Source: a virus (Duplodnaviria; Heunggongvirae; Uroviricota; Caudoviricetes). From it: 5,827 nt of DNA. Position numbers and translations under genes: made by a program. The stretch spans positions 1 to 5,827 of the IMG/VR virus record IMGVR_UViG_2585427710_000003. One strand, given 5' to 3'. The notes beneath the pieces are model-generated. The model worked only from the letters and a program-made list of their open reading frames with translations. It had not been told where the DNA came from and did not search any database. How positions within the stretch are numbered: position 1 is the stretch's first letter; each line of letters starts with the position of its first letter. Of the stretch, positions 1 through 5,454 are shown piece after piece.

Positions 1-621
1 CACACCTGGTTTCTGGCTGGCGAAGGTGAATCCCGGGTAACCGAAGAGCGGCCAGTAAAATCTGAAGCACAGGATATGCTGACCGGGGAGGTCGAACAAA
101 AAGTTACCGCAGACATGATGATTGAGTTTATCGGTCAGGATGGGGCTAAAACGTGTGAGGAACTGGCGGGTAAGTTCGGTGTTAGCATTCGCAAGGTTGC
201 TTCCACGTTGGCGGTCGTAACAGCAACGGGGCGCCTGGCACGCGTAAATCAGAACGGTAAATTTCGTTACTGCATACCGGGCGCTGATTTACCGGCAGAG
301 CCGGAAGCTGCATCCGTAGCGGAAACCGATGGTAAAGCCTTTCCTCAGCCAACAGGTGTTGCGTTACCAGTCCAGGAAACGACGACACAGGAAGAAATGA
401 AAACAGAAATCGTGGAAGACATTGTGAAGTTACAGCCATCGGTCACCGAAACGAAAGCAGATGACCTGATTCTACCATCGCTGCATGTGGCTAACCGCGA
501 GCTGCGCCGGGCAAAAGGTCAGGTTCAGAAGTGGGAGCGTGTCTACGCCGCGCTGCGGGAACTGAACAAACACAGGGATATTCTCCGGGATATTACCGCC
601 ACCAGAGAGCTGCTGCGGTGA
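1..621 (+). CDS. Phage hypothetical protein, 5'-truncated by the window edge; winged-helix-like segment followed by a charged, probably coiled-coil C-terminus
   Basis: The reading frame is open from base 1 (no stop before the first ATG at 76) and ends at TGA 619-621. The translation has an HTH-like stretch (EFIGQDGAKTCEELAGKFGVSIRKVASTL) and a Glu/Lys/Arg-rich tail. The stop overlaps a possible GTG start of the next ORF. Function is unknown; the replication-module neighbourhood is inferred from position only. Confidence 0.55.
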   Translation, partial: HTWFLAGEGESRVTEERPVKSEAQDMLTGEVEQKVTADMMIEFIGQDGAKTCEELAGKFGVSIRKVASTLAVVTATGRLARVNQNGKFRYCIPGADLPAEPEAASVAETDGKAFPQPTGVALPVQETTTQEEMKTEIVEDIVKLQPSVTETKADDLILPSLHVANRELRRAKGQVQKWERVYAALRELNKHRDILRDITATRELLR

Positions 622-653
622 GTGGCTGGAAGAAGTGGCGCTGGGCGGAAATT

Positions 654-935
654 ATGATACTCCGGCAGTGTGCGGGAACGATGACAGTCGAAAGCATCGG
701 CAGTCTGATTGGCCGTAGTGGGGCTGCCGTCAGGACGAAAGCGCGGGAACTGGGTATCTGCATGATGTTACGGGGTGATTATCACCAGTCAGCCAAATGT
801 TCACAGCGTGATATTGAGCTGGCGCGGCAACTGCATCAGCGTGGCGTACCCCGACGGGAAATTGCCGAAAAGTTTGGGATGAAGTTGGGCGCAGTGAATA
901 ACTACGTTTATTTCGACAGGAGGGTTCAGGCGTGA
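654..935 (+). CDS. Small phage protein with two HTH-like segments (hypothetical)
   Basis: The track ORF 531..935 overlaps the upstream gene by about 90 nt, so an internal start is more likely: ATG 654, or GTG 618 overlapping the upstream TGA (GTGA). Translation from 654 contains SIGSLIGRSGAAVRTKARELGI and RREIAEKFGMKLGAVNNYV, both helix-turn-helix-like. It ends at TGA 933-935, overlapping the GTG start of the next gene. Confidence 0.45.
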   Translation: MILRQCAGTMTVESIGSLIGRSGAAVRTKARELGICMMLRGDYHQSAKCSQRDIELARQLHQRGVPRREIAEKFGMKLGAVNNYVYFDRRVQA

Positions 936-1237
936 GGGTGAGAATTTATATCGCCGGTCCGATGACGGGATATGAAAATTTCAACCGTGAGGCGTTTCAC
1001 AAGGCGGAAGAAGCACTGAAACAGGAAGGGCATACCGTATTAAATCCCGCAGTACTTCCGGACGGGCTGACTCAGCCACATTACATGGATATTTGCATGG
1101 CAATGATTCGTTGTGTGGATGCGGTTTATATGCTGGAAGGCTGGCAGCGGTCGGCAGGCGCTAAGGCAGAGCTGGCACTGGCGGAGAAACTGGGGCATGC
1201 AGTTATTTTCCAGGAGGCAACCAGTGAGCGAAATTAA
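932..1237 (+). CDS. DUF4406 / nucleoside 2-deoxyribosyltransferase-like protein
   Basis: GTG start at 932 (alternative GTG at 938) with AGGAGG at 917-922. The N-terminus RIYIAGPMTGYENFNREAF matches from memory the hallmark start of DUF4406 proteins common in prophages. Stop is TAA 1235-1237. Confidence 0.65.
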   Translation: MRVRIYIAGPMTGYENFNREAFHKAEEALKQEGHTVLNPAVLPDGLTQPHYMDICMAMIRCVDAVYMLEGWQRSAGAKAELALAEKLGHAVIFQEATSERN

Positions 1238-1247
1238 TTACCAGGAA
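1224..1247 (+). repeat. 24-bp copy of the 5' end of the 171-aa gene (21/24 identical to 1733-1756); encodes a vestigial start VSEINYQE...
   Basis: GTGAGCGAAATTAATTACCAGGAA at 1224-1247 versus ATGAGCGAGATTAATTATCAGGAA at 1733-1756. Flanks on both sides are unrelated. Compared directly in the sequence. Confidence 0.7.
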
Positions 1248-1384
1248 CTACGGCAGGTGAAAGAGAAAGCATAATCCAGAACTGAATAATTAAAATCAGC
1301 ACTGTAAATAAAATTTAATCCTTAACCGGAGGGATTCCTGCACCCTCAGAACATCAGGAGACCGCCCGGCAGGGCGGTAGTGAA

Positions 1385-1567
1385 ATGCGAAAGTTCAAAA
1401 TAATTATTGAAACGGGAATCGCCGGTGGAGATTCCGAGGATGAATTCGAAGTGAATGATGATGCGACGCCTGATGAAATTCATAACGAAGCAAAAGAAAT
1501 TTTCTTTAACTACTGCAATTACTCATATCACGAAATAAAAGACGAAGAGGAAGAACAAAATGGCTGA
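1385..1567 (+). CDS. Small, highly acidic protein (60 aa; 18 Asp/Glu against 5 Lys/Arg); candidate DNA-mimic or anti-defence accessory protein
   Basis: ATG at 1385 is preceded by AGGAG (1356-1360), then a CCGCCC-GGCA-GGGCGG hairpin (1362-1377). Composition is strongly acidic with a C-terminal DEEEEQ. The stop TGA 1565-1567 overlaps the next ATG. It lies in an AT-rich segment that differs from its flanks. Confidence 0.5.
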   Translation: MRKFKIIIETGIAGGDSEDEFEVNDDATPDEIHNEAKEIFFNYCNYSYHEIKDEEEEQNG

Positions 1568-1736
1568 TTTTGGTTCAACTAAATACAACGTCAGTTTTGA
1601 AGAATGGCATGAACTGTTAATGGACTATGCAGAGTTACGTGGTGGAAGTGCCGCCGATGCTGAAGCATGGCGTGATGACTATGAAGCAGGAAAAACTCCG
1701 GTCGAAGCATATTGTGATGAGTGGGGCGATGAATGA
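1560..1736 (+). CDS. Second small acidic protein (58 aa, MADFGSTKYNVSFEEWHELLMDYAELRGGSAADAEAWRDDYEAGKTPVEAYCDEWGDE); below the length cut-off of the supplied ORF track
   Basis: ATG 1560 overlaps the stop of the previous ORF (ATGGCTGA), and its own stop TGA 1734-1736 overlaps ATG 1733 of the next gene (ATGA). It has 16 Asp/Glu against 4 Lys/Arg. The coupling on both sides supports translation. Confidence 0.45.
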   Translation: MADFGSTKYNVSFEEWHELLMDYAELRGGSAADAEAWRDDYEAGKTPVEAYCDEWGDE

Positions 1737-2248
1737 GCGAGATTAATTATCAGGAAGGGCATGAAACGGCAGGGCAGGCAAAACCAGTGGCATGGCGATA
1801 TCGCTACGTGAAAAAAGACGTTACAGACTTTCAGGGGAAGCAGTGGGCTGGTGACTGGAAATATGTACCGACAAAAGAGGATTGTAACGACAGGCCGAAC
1901 TATGAAATTCAGGCCTTATTCATCGGCCCGCCAGTCCCGGTGACATCAGAAGGACTGGTTAAAGCTGTGCGCTTTTATGAACAGGTAAAGCGTGAGAATC
2001 CGCCAGTCGAAACAGGAGCATGGAAGGATGCTGTTGACTGGGTGCTCAGAGAGGCCTGCTGTGCTGCCATTCTGGGTAAAGCCGACAATCCACCAGCATC
2101 CGGCAATCAGGTTAGCGAATTAGCAATGTGGGTTAAACGGCTGGTCAGCCAACTGAAAAAAGCGAAGCCGGACTGCAAATTACCGGATAAGGCGATGGAC
2201 TACCTGAAGCGAAACGGACTGATAAACGAGGAGAATATTTTACGATGA
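1733..2248 (+). CDS. Hypothetical phage protein (171 aa)
   Basis: ATG start coupled to the upstream ORF, 171 codons with balanced composition. Its first 8 codons are duplicated at 1224-1247. Stop TGA 2246-2248 overlaps ATG 2245 of a micro-ORF. No family recognised. Confidence 0.6.
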   Translation: MSEINYQEGHETAGQAKPVAWRYRYVKKDVTDFQGKQWAGDWKYVPTKEDCNDRPNYEIQALFIGPPVPVTSEGLVKAVRFYEQVKRENPPVETGAWKDAVDWVLREACCAAILGKADNPPASGNQVSELAMWVKRLVSQLKKAKPDCKLPDKAMDYLKRNGLINEENILR

Positions 2249-2328
2249 CCTGGCCTGAAGCGTTCATAACGGTAGGAATTGCAATGGCGGTGGCGCTGGT
2301 GGTGTATTCGATTTGCCGCTGGGGATAA
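2245..2328 (+). CDS. Possible 27-aa hydrophobic micro-protein (MTWPEAFITVGIAMAVALVVYSICRWG)
   Basis: ATG 2245 overlaps the stop of the 171-aa gene (ATGA). The peptide has a single predicted transmembrane-like hydrophobic core and ends at TAA 2326-2328. It is too short to judge by statistics; the coupling is the only support. Confidence 0.3.
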   Translation: MTWPEAFITVGIAMAVALVVYSICRWG

Positions 2329-2335
2329 AAACGGT

Positions 2336-2363
2336 TTGCGGGGAAAGAAGAGTTAAGTAGAAT
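2336..2363 (+). promoter_or_regulatory. Candidate promoter for the hok/mok mRNA (-35 TTGCGG 2336-2341, 16-bp spacer, -10 TAGAAT 2358-2363)
   Basis: Sigma70-like hexamers with correct spacing lie just upstream of a sequence (GGTGCTTGAGGCTGTCTGCC, from about 2371) that resembles the 5' end of plasmid R1 hok mRNA as I recall it. Confidence 0.4.
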
Positions 2364-2424
2364 TGCTGCGGGTGCTTGAGGCTGTCTGCCTCGGGCATGC
2401 CGCCGTAAGGCAGACAGAGAAAAG

Positions 2425-2490
2425 CCCCAGTTAACATTATGCGTCCGGCAGGACGCTTAACATTAATCTGAGGCCATATCTATGACTTGC
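2425..2490 (-). ncRNA. sok: Sok-like antisense RNA (antitoxin of the hok/mok type I TA locus); ends approximate
   Basis: Minus strand has -35 TTGCCT (complement of 2520-2525), a 17-bp spacer and -10 TAATCT (complement of 2497-2502), which would start a transcript near 2490. That transcript is antisense to the mok SD and start (2468-2484) and contains the GCGTCC-GGCA-GGACGC hairpin (2441-2456). This matches the known hok/sok arrangement. Confidence 0.4.
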
Positions 2491-2694
2491 ACACTTAGAT
2501 TAGCCTCTTATGCGCCGAAAGGCAAGGAGCAGCAGGCTATGAAGCAGCAAAAGGCGATGCTAATCGCCCTGATCGTCATCTGTATTACCGTCGTTGTAAC
2601 GGTACTGGTAACGAGGAAAGACCTCTGCGAGGTACGAATCCGAACCGGCCAGACGGAGGTCGCTGTCTTCACAGCTTACGAACCTGAGGAGTAA
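2482..2694 (+). CDS. mok: Mok-like leader reading frame (70 aa), in frame with hok and sharing its stop
   Basis: ATG 2482 has GAGG about 9 nt upstream. The ORF runs in frame into the hok ORF, as I recall chromosomal mok/hok pairs do. The sok target would cover its start. Confidence 0.5.
   Translation: MTCTLRLASYAPKGKEQQAMKQQKAMLIALIVICITVVVTVLVTRKDLCEVRIRTGQTEVAVFTAYEPEE
2497..2525 (-). promoter_or_regulatory. Candidate sok promoter on the minus strand, inside the mok coding region
   Basis: Reverse complement of 2497-2525 reads TTGCCT-17 bp-TAATCT. The position inside mok and the orientation toward the mok start match known hok/sok loci. Confidence 0.4.
2539..2694 (+). CDS. hok: Hok/Gef-family type I toxin (51 aa, MKQQKAMLIALIVICITVVVTVLVTRKDLCEVRIRTGQTEVAVFTAYEPEE)
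   Basis: ATG 2539 with AAGGAG at 2524-2529. The translation has the Hok/Gef signature: N-terminal transmembrane helix, TRKDLCEV, and a ...EVAVFTAYE... tail. From memory it is closest to HokD(RelF)/HokC(Gef). The flanking mRNA elements (leader, mok, terminator) are all present. Confidence 0.9.
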   Translation: MKQQKAMLIALIVICITVVVTVLVTRKDLCEVRIRTGQTEVAVFTAYEPEE

Positions 2695-2762
2695 GAGACC
2701 AGGCGGGGGAGAAATCCCTCGCCACCTCTGATGTGTCAGGCATCCTCAACGCACCCGCACTT

Positions 2763-2790
2763 AACCCGTTTCGGCGGGTTTTGTTTTTTC
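2763..2790 (+). terminator. Rho-independent terminator of the hok mRNA
   Basis: AACCCG (2763-2768) pairs with CGGGTT (2775-2780), followed by TTGTTTTTT (2781-2789). It sits about 70 nt after the hok stop. Confidence 0.7.
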
Positions 2791-2860
2791 CTGGCATTCT
2801 GGTTTACAATTCGCACGCCAGCCTGAACAACTGGCACCTGCTGCGTCACCGGAGAACCCG

Positions 2861-3133
2861 ATGGCGCAACATATAAAATCCCACAATTCTGAAGCCGTCC
2901 CGGCCATTAAGCGGGGGCGGCATTCGCACGTATTTAAAACCGACTGGTACCAGCATCCCCCCTGCACTGAAGAACAGGCCGAATGGCTGATTCAGTGTTA
3001 CCGCAGGCGCGGATACGAGGTTAAGAAAGCCATCAGCCTCGATTATCGTCACTGGATAATCTCTGTCAGGCTCCCTTATTCCGAACATCCACCGCGTCCG
3101 TCCCGCACATTCCAGCAACGTATCTGGAGGTAA
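2861..3133 (+). CDS. Hypothetical phage protein (90 aa)
   Basis: ATG 2861 with GGAGA at 2851-2855. Stop TAA 3131-3133 lies 1 nt before the GTG start of the DUF968-like gene, which implies co-translation. A minus-strand ORF of similar size overlaps it but has no start context. Confidence 0.5.
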   Translation: MAQHIKSHNSEAVPAIKRGRHSHVFKTDWYQHPPCTEEQAEWLIQCYRRRGYEVKKAISLDYRHWIISVRLPYSEHPPRPSRTFQQRIWR

Positions 3134-3134
3134 C

Positions 3135-4184
3135 GTGCGGGTATTACTTCGACCTGTTCTGGTGCCGGAACTTGGCCTGGTGGTCCTTAAGCCCGGACGC
3201 GAATCACTGCCTGTTTTTCATTGCGGCAGGGTGCTGGTGGAGCCGGAACCGAAAAACATGCGCGGTCTGCCGTCCGGAGTCGTTCCTGCCGTTCGCCAGC
3301 CGCTGGCAGAGGATAAAACATTACTGCCATTTTTCTGCGATGAGCGGGTTATTCGTGCAGCAGGTGGTGCAGGTGCACTGTCTGACTGGTTATTACGTCA
3401 CGTGAAATCCTGCCAGTGGCCACACGGCGATTATCATCACAGCGAAACCGTCATTCACCGTTATGGTACCGGCGCGATGGTGTTGTGCTGGCACTGTGAC
3501 AACCAGCTGCGCGACCAGACATCAGAATCACTCGATCAACTTGCTCAGCAGAATCTGGTTGCCTGGATGATTGACGTCATCCGTCACGCAATAAGCGGTA
3601 CGCAGGAGAGGGAGTTATCGCTGGCCGAATTATCCTGGTGGGCGGCCTGCAATCAGGTGGTGGATGCACTACCTGAGGCAGTAGCGCGTTGTTCGCTGGG
3701 ATTACCAGCGGAAAAAATCCGCTCCGTATACCGTGAGAGTGACATCGTACCGGGAGAACAGACAGCCATCAGCATACTGAAGCAGCGCACAAAAAATATT
3801 GCGCTGCCACTTCACGTCCACCAGCAACAAAATCCACCACAGAAAAAAACGGTTGTCAGTATCGCCGTTGATCCGGAGTCTCCTGAATCGTTCATGAGGC
3901 GGCCTAAATGTCGCCGTTGGGTTAATGAGAAATACACGCGCTGGGTAAAGACACAGCCGTGTGCGTGTTGTGGTAAGCCAGCTGACGATCCGCATCACCT
4001 GATTGGTCATGGTCAGGGGGGAATGGGAACAAAGGCCCACGATATTTTCACGCTACCGTTGTGCCGGGAGCACCACAACGAACTTCATGCAGACCCGCAG
4101 GAGTTTGAGAAAAAGTACGGCTCTCAGATTGAGTTAATTTTTCGTTTTCTTGATCACGCCTTTGCGACTGGCGTGCTCGGGTAA
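3135..4184 (+). CDS. DUF968-like prophage protein with a C-terminal HNH/His-Me-finger-like Cys/His motif
   Basis: GTG 3135 with GGAGG at 3126-3130; an internal ATG at 3258 is an alternative start. The C-terminus reads CACCGKPADDPHHLIGHGQGG...LPLCREHHNELH, and there is an earlier C..WHCDN cluster. From memory this resembles the DUF968 proteins found next to Q in E. coli cryptic prophages. Confidence 0.75.
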   Translation: MRVLLRPVLVPELGLVVLKPGRESLPVFHCGRVLVEPEPKNMRGLPSGVVPAVRQPLAEDKTLLPFFCDERVIRAAGGAGALSDWLLRHVKSCQWPHGDYHHSETVIHRYGTGAMVLCWHCDNQLRDQTSESLDQLAQQNLVAWMIDVIRHAISGTQERELSLAELSWWAACNQVVDALPEAVARCSLGLPAEKIRSVYRESDIVPGEQTAISILKQRTKNIALPLHVHQQQNPPQKKTVVSIAVDPESPESFMRRPKCRRWVNEKYTRWVKTQPCACCGKPADDPHHLIGHGQGGMGTKAHDIFTLPLCREHHNELHADPQEFEKKYGSQIELIFRFLDHAFATGVLG

Positions 4185-4196
4185 AAGAGGTGACTG

Positions 4197-4556
4197 ATGC
4201 TCATAGATTTGGTTTTACCTTACCCGCCGACGGTGAACACTTACTGGCGACGCCGTGGCAGCACATATTTTGTATCAAAAGCCGGGGAGCGTTATCGCCG
4301 GGCAGTGGCGCTTATTGTTCGCCAGCAGCGGCTGAAATTAAGCCTGTCCGGACGGCTGGCAATAAAAATTATTGCAGAGCCACCGGATAAGCGCCGCCGT
4401 GACCTGGACAATATTCTGAAAGCACCGCTGGATGCGCTGACGCACGCGGGGTTGTTAATGGACGATGAGCAGTTTGATGAAATCAATATTGTACGTGGCA
4501 AGCCAGTATCTGGTGGACGGCTGGAGATAAAAATTACAGAGGTGGGGTGTGCATGA
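4197..4556 (+). CDS. rusA: RusA-family Holliday-junction resolvase
   Basis: ATG 4197 with AAAGAGG at 4184-4190. The 119-aa translation has the RusA hallmarks YPPTVNTYWR, DKRRRDLDN and GGRLEIKITE. Its position immediately upstream of Q is typical of lambdoid phages. Confidence 0.85.
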   Translation: MLIDLVLPYPPTVNTYWRRRGSTYFVSKAGERYRRAVALIVRQQRLKLSLSGRLAIKIIAEPPDKRRRDLDNILKAPLDALTHAGLLMDDEQFDEINIVRGKPVSGGRLEIKITEVGCA

Positions 4557-5242
4557 ATAACCAGTATTTACAGTTTGTTCGTGAGCAACTCATGATTGCC
4601 ACTGCGGATCTCAGTGGGGCGACAAAAGGTCAACTGGAAGCCTGTCAGGAAAATGCCCTGTTCGATACAGGGCGTTACAGACGCAAAAAAATTCGTTACC
4701 GCGATGAGGTAACCGGAAAAATGATCACGCGGGATAATCCCCCAATCCCGGGTAAACAATCACTGGCGAAAGGCTCATCAATTGCCCTGGTCAGTCCTGT
4801 TGAGTTTGCAACATCATCGTGGCGGCGTACCCTTCTGGAACTGGAAGAACATCAGAAGGCGTGGTTGTTGTGGTGTTATGGCGGAAACATTTGCTGGGAG
4901 CATCAGATCGCGATAACGCAGTGGGTGTGGAATGAATTTAAAACTCAGTCTGGTACCAGAAAAATTGCAGTGAAAACGCTGGAGCGTGTGAAGAAGTTGA
5001 TCTGGCTGGCGGCACAGGATGTCAGAGGATGGGTTACCGGGTGTGAGGTCTACCAGAGACAGGAGCTTGCCAGACTGTGTGGAGTTAAGCCTGATAACTG
5101 GAGCCATAATTATGCGAACTACTGGCGTGAGATGTGCGATATTTTTAAGCGCCTCGATAGAGAATCCTTGATTTGCTCCGTGAAAATAAGAGCGCAACAA
5201 AAAGCGACCTTTTCACGACGAGATATTGCAAAAGTCAATTAA
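4553..5242 (+). CDS. Q-like late-gene antiterminator (putative)
   Basis: ATG 4553 overlaps the rusA stop (ATGA) with GAGGTGG at 4540-4546; the track start at 4547 is a GTG. The 229-aa ORF sits between rusA and a short leader with an intrinsic terminator, the canonical position of Q. The assignment is mainly by synteny; I do not recognise the sequence with certainty. Confidence 0.6.
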   Translation: MNNQYLQFVREQLMIATADLSGATKGQLEACQENALFDTGRYRRKKIRYRDEVTGKMITRDNPPIPGKQSLAKGSSIALVSPVEFATSSWRRTLLELEEHQKAWLLWCYGGNICWEHQIAITQWVWNEFKTQSGTRKIAVKTLERVKKLIWLAAQDVRGWVTGCEVYQRQELARLCGVKPDNWSHNYANYWREMCDIFKRLDRESLICSVKIRAQQKATFSRRDIAKVN

Positions 5243-5303
5243 ATCGCGTATGTTTCGTATAAATCTGATATTTTGCCTATTTTGTACGCGATGACAAAAT
5301 AAG
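5243..5303 (+). promoter_or_regulatory. Candidate late promoter (pR'-like) and Q-utilisation region
   Basis: AT-rich stretch between the Q stop and the terminator, with a -10-like TATAAA at 5258-5263 and a weak -35. Q-dependent late promoters typically have a poor -35 and a short terminated leader. This is inference only. Confidence 0.3.
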
Positions 5304-5331
5304 AAAAAAACTGCCGCCAGGCGGTTTTTTT
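5304..5331 (+). terminator. Intrinsic terminator (tR'-like), symmetric with an A-tract and a T-tract, so possibly bidirectional
   Basis: AAAAAAA (5304-5310), then a GC hairpin CCGC-CAG-GCGG (5314-5324), then TTTTTTT (5325-5331). Confidence 0.7.
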
Positions 5332-5454
5332 ATGTCCGAAAATCGCGTCAGTACAGTAAACGCGCTGGCGGCGGTGAATACCGGTCTTTCAGCTTGCTGG
5401 CTTTTTCGACAAGAGTTATTGGTGTGTCACGTTAACCGAAAAAGGGAAAAAGAC

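Noticed and set aside
182-439. Minus-strand 85-aa ORF
   Set aside because: It lies entirely inside the stronger + strand ORF (1..621), has no start context, and its composition is Pro/Leu/Arg-rich as expected for the antisense of a coding region.
531-653. Upstream extension of the second ORF (track start at 531)
   Set aside because: It would overlap the first gene by about 90 nt in another frame. Internal starts at 618 (GTG, overlapping the stop) or 654 (ATG) are more plausible.
2761-2967. Minus-strand 68-aa ORF across the hok terminator
   Set aside because: It spans the terminator hairpin and has Cys-rich, low-complexity composition; likely spurious.
2846-3118. Minus-strand 90-aa ORF mirroring the + strand 2861..3133 ORF
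   Set aside because: It has no SD or promoter context, whereas the + strand ORF has GGAGA before its ATG and is stop-start coupled to the downstream gene. It is also antisense to the operon direction. It cannot be excluded without expression data.
3172-3405. Alternative-frame + ORF (77 aa) inside the DUF968-like gene
   Set aside because: It is nested in a different frame of a long, well-supported ORF, and its translation is Trp/Cys-rich nonsense.
3702-4040. Minus-strand 112-aa ORF
   Set aside because: Antisense to the DUF968-like gene, with no independent signals.
4190-4390. Alternative-frame + ORF overlapping rusA
   Set aside because: The rusA frame carries the recognisable conserved motifs; this frame does not.
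4292-5200. Minus-strand ORFs 4292..4501, 4568..4759 and 4814..5200
   Set aside because: All are antisense to rusA or the Q-like gene, with no start context and shadow-ORF composition.
5332-5454. N-terminal extension of the small wHTH ORF (track start at 5332)
   Set aside because: ATG 5332 directly abuts the terminator T-tract and has no SD, whereas ATG 5455 has AAGGGA at good spacing. The extension may instead be untranslated leader.
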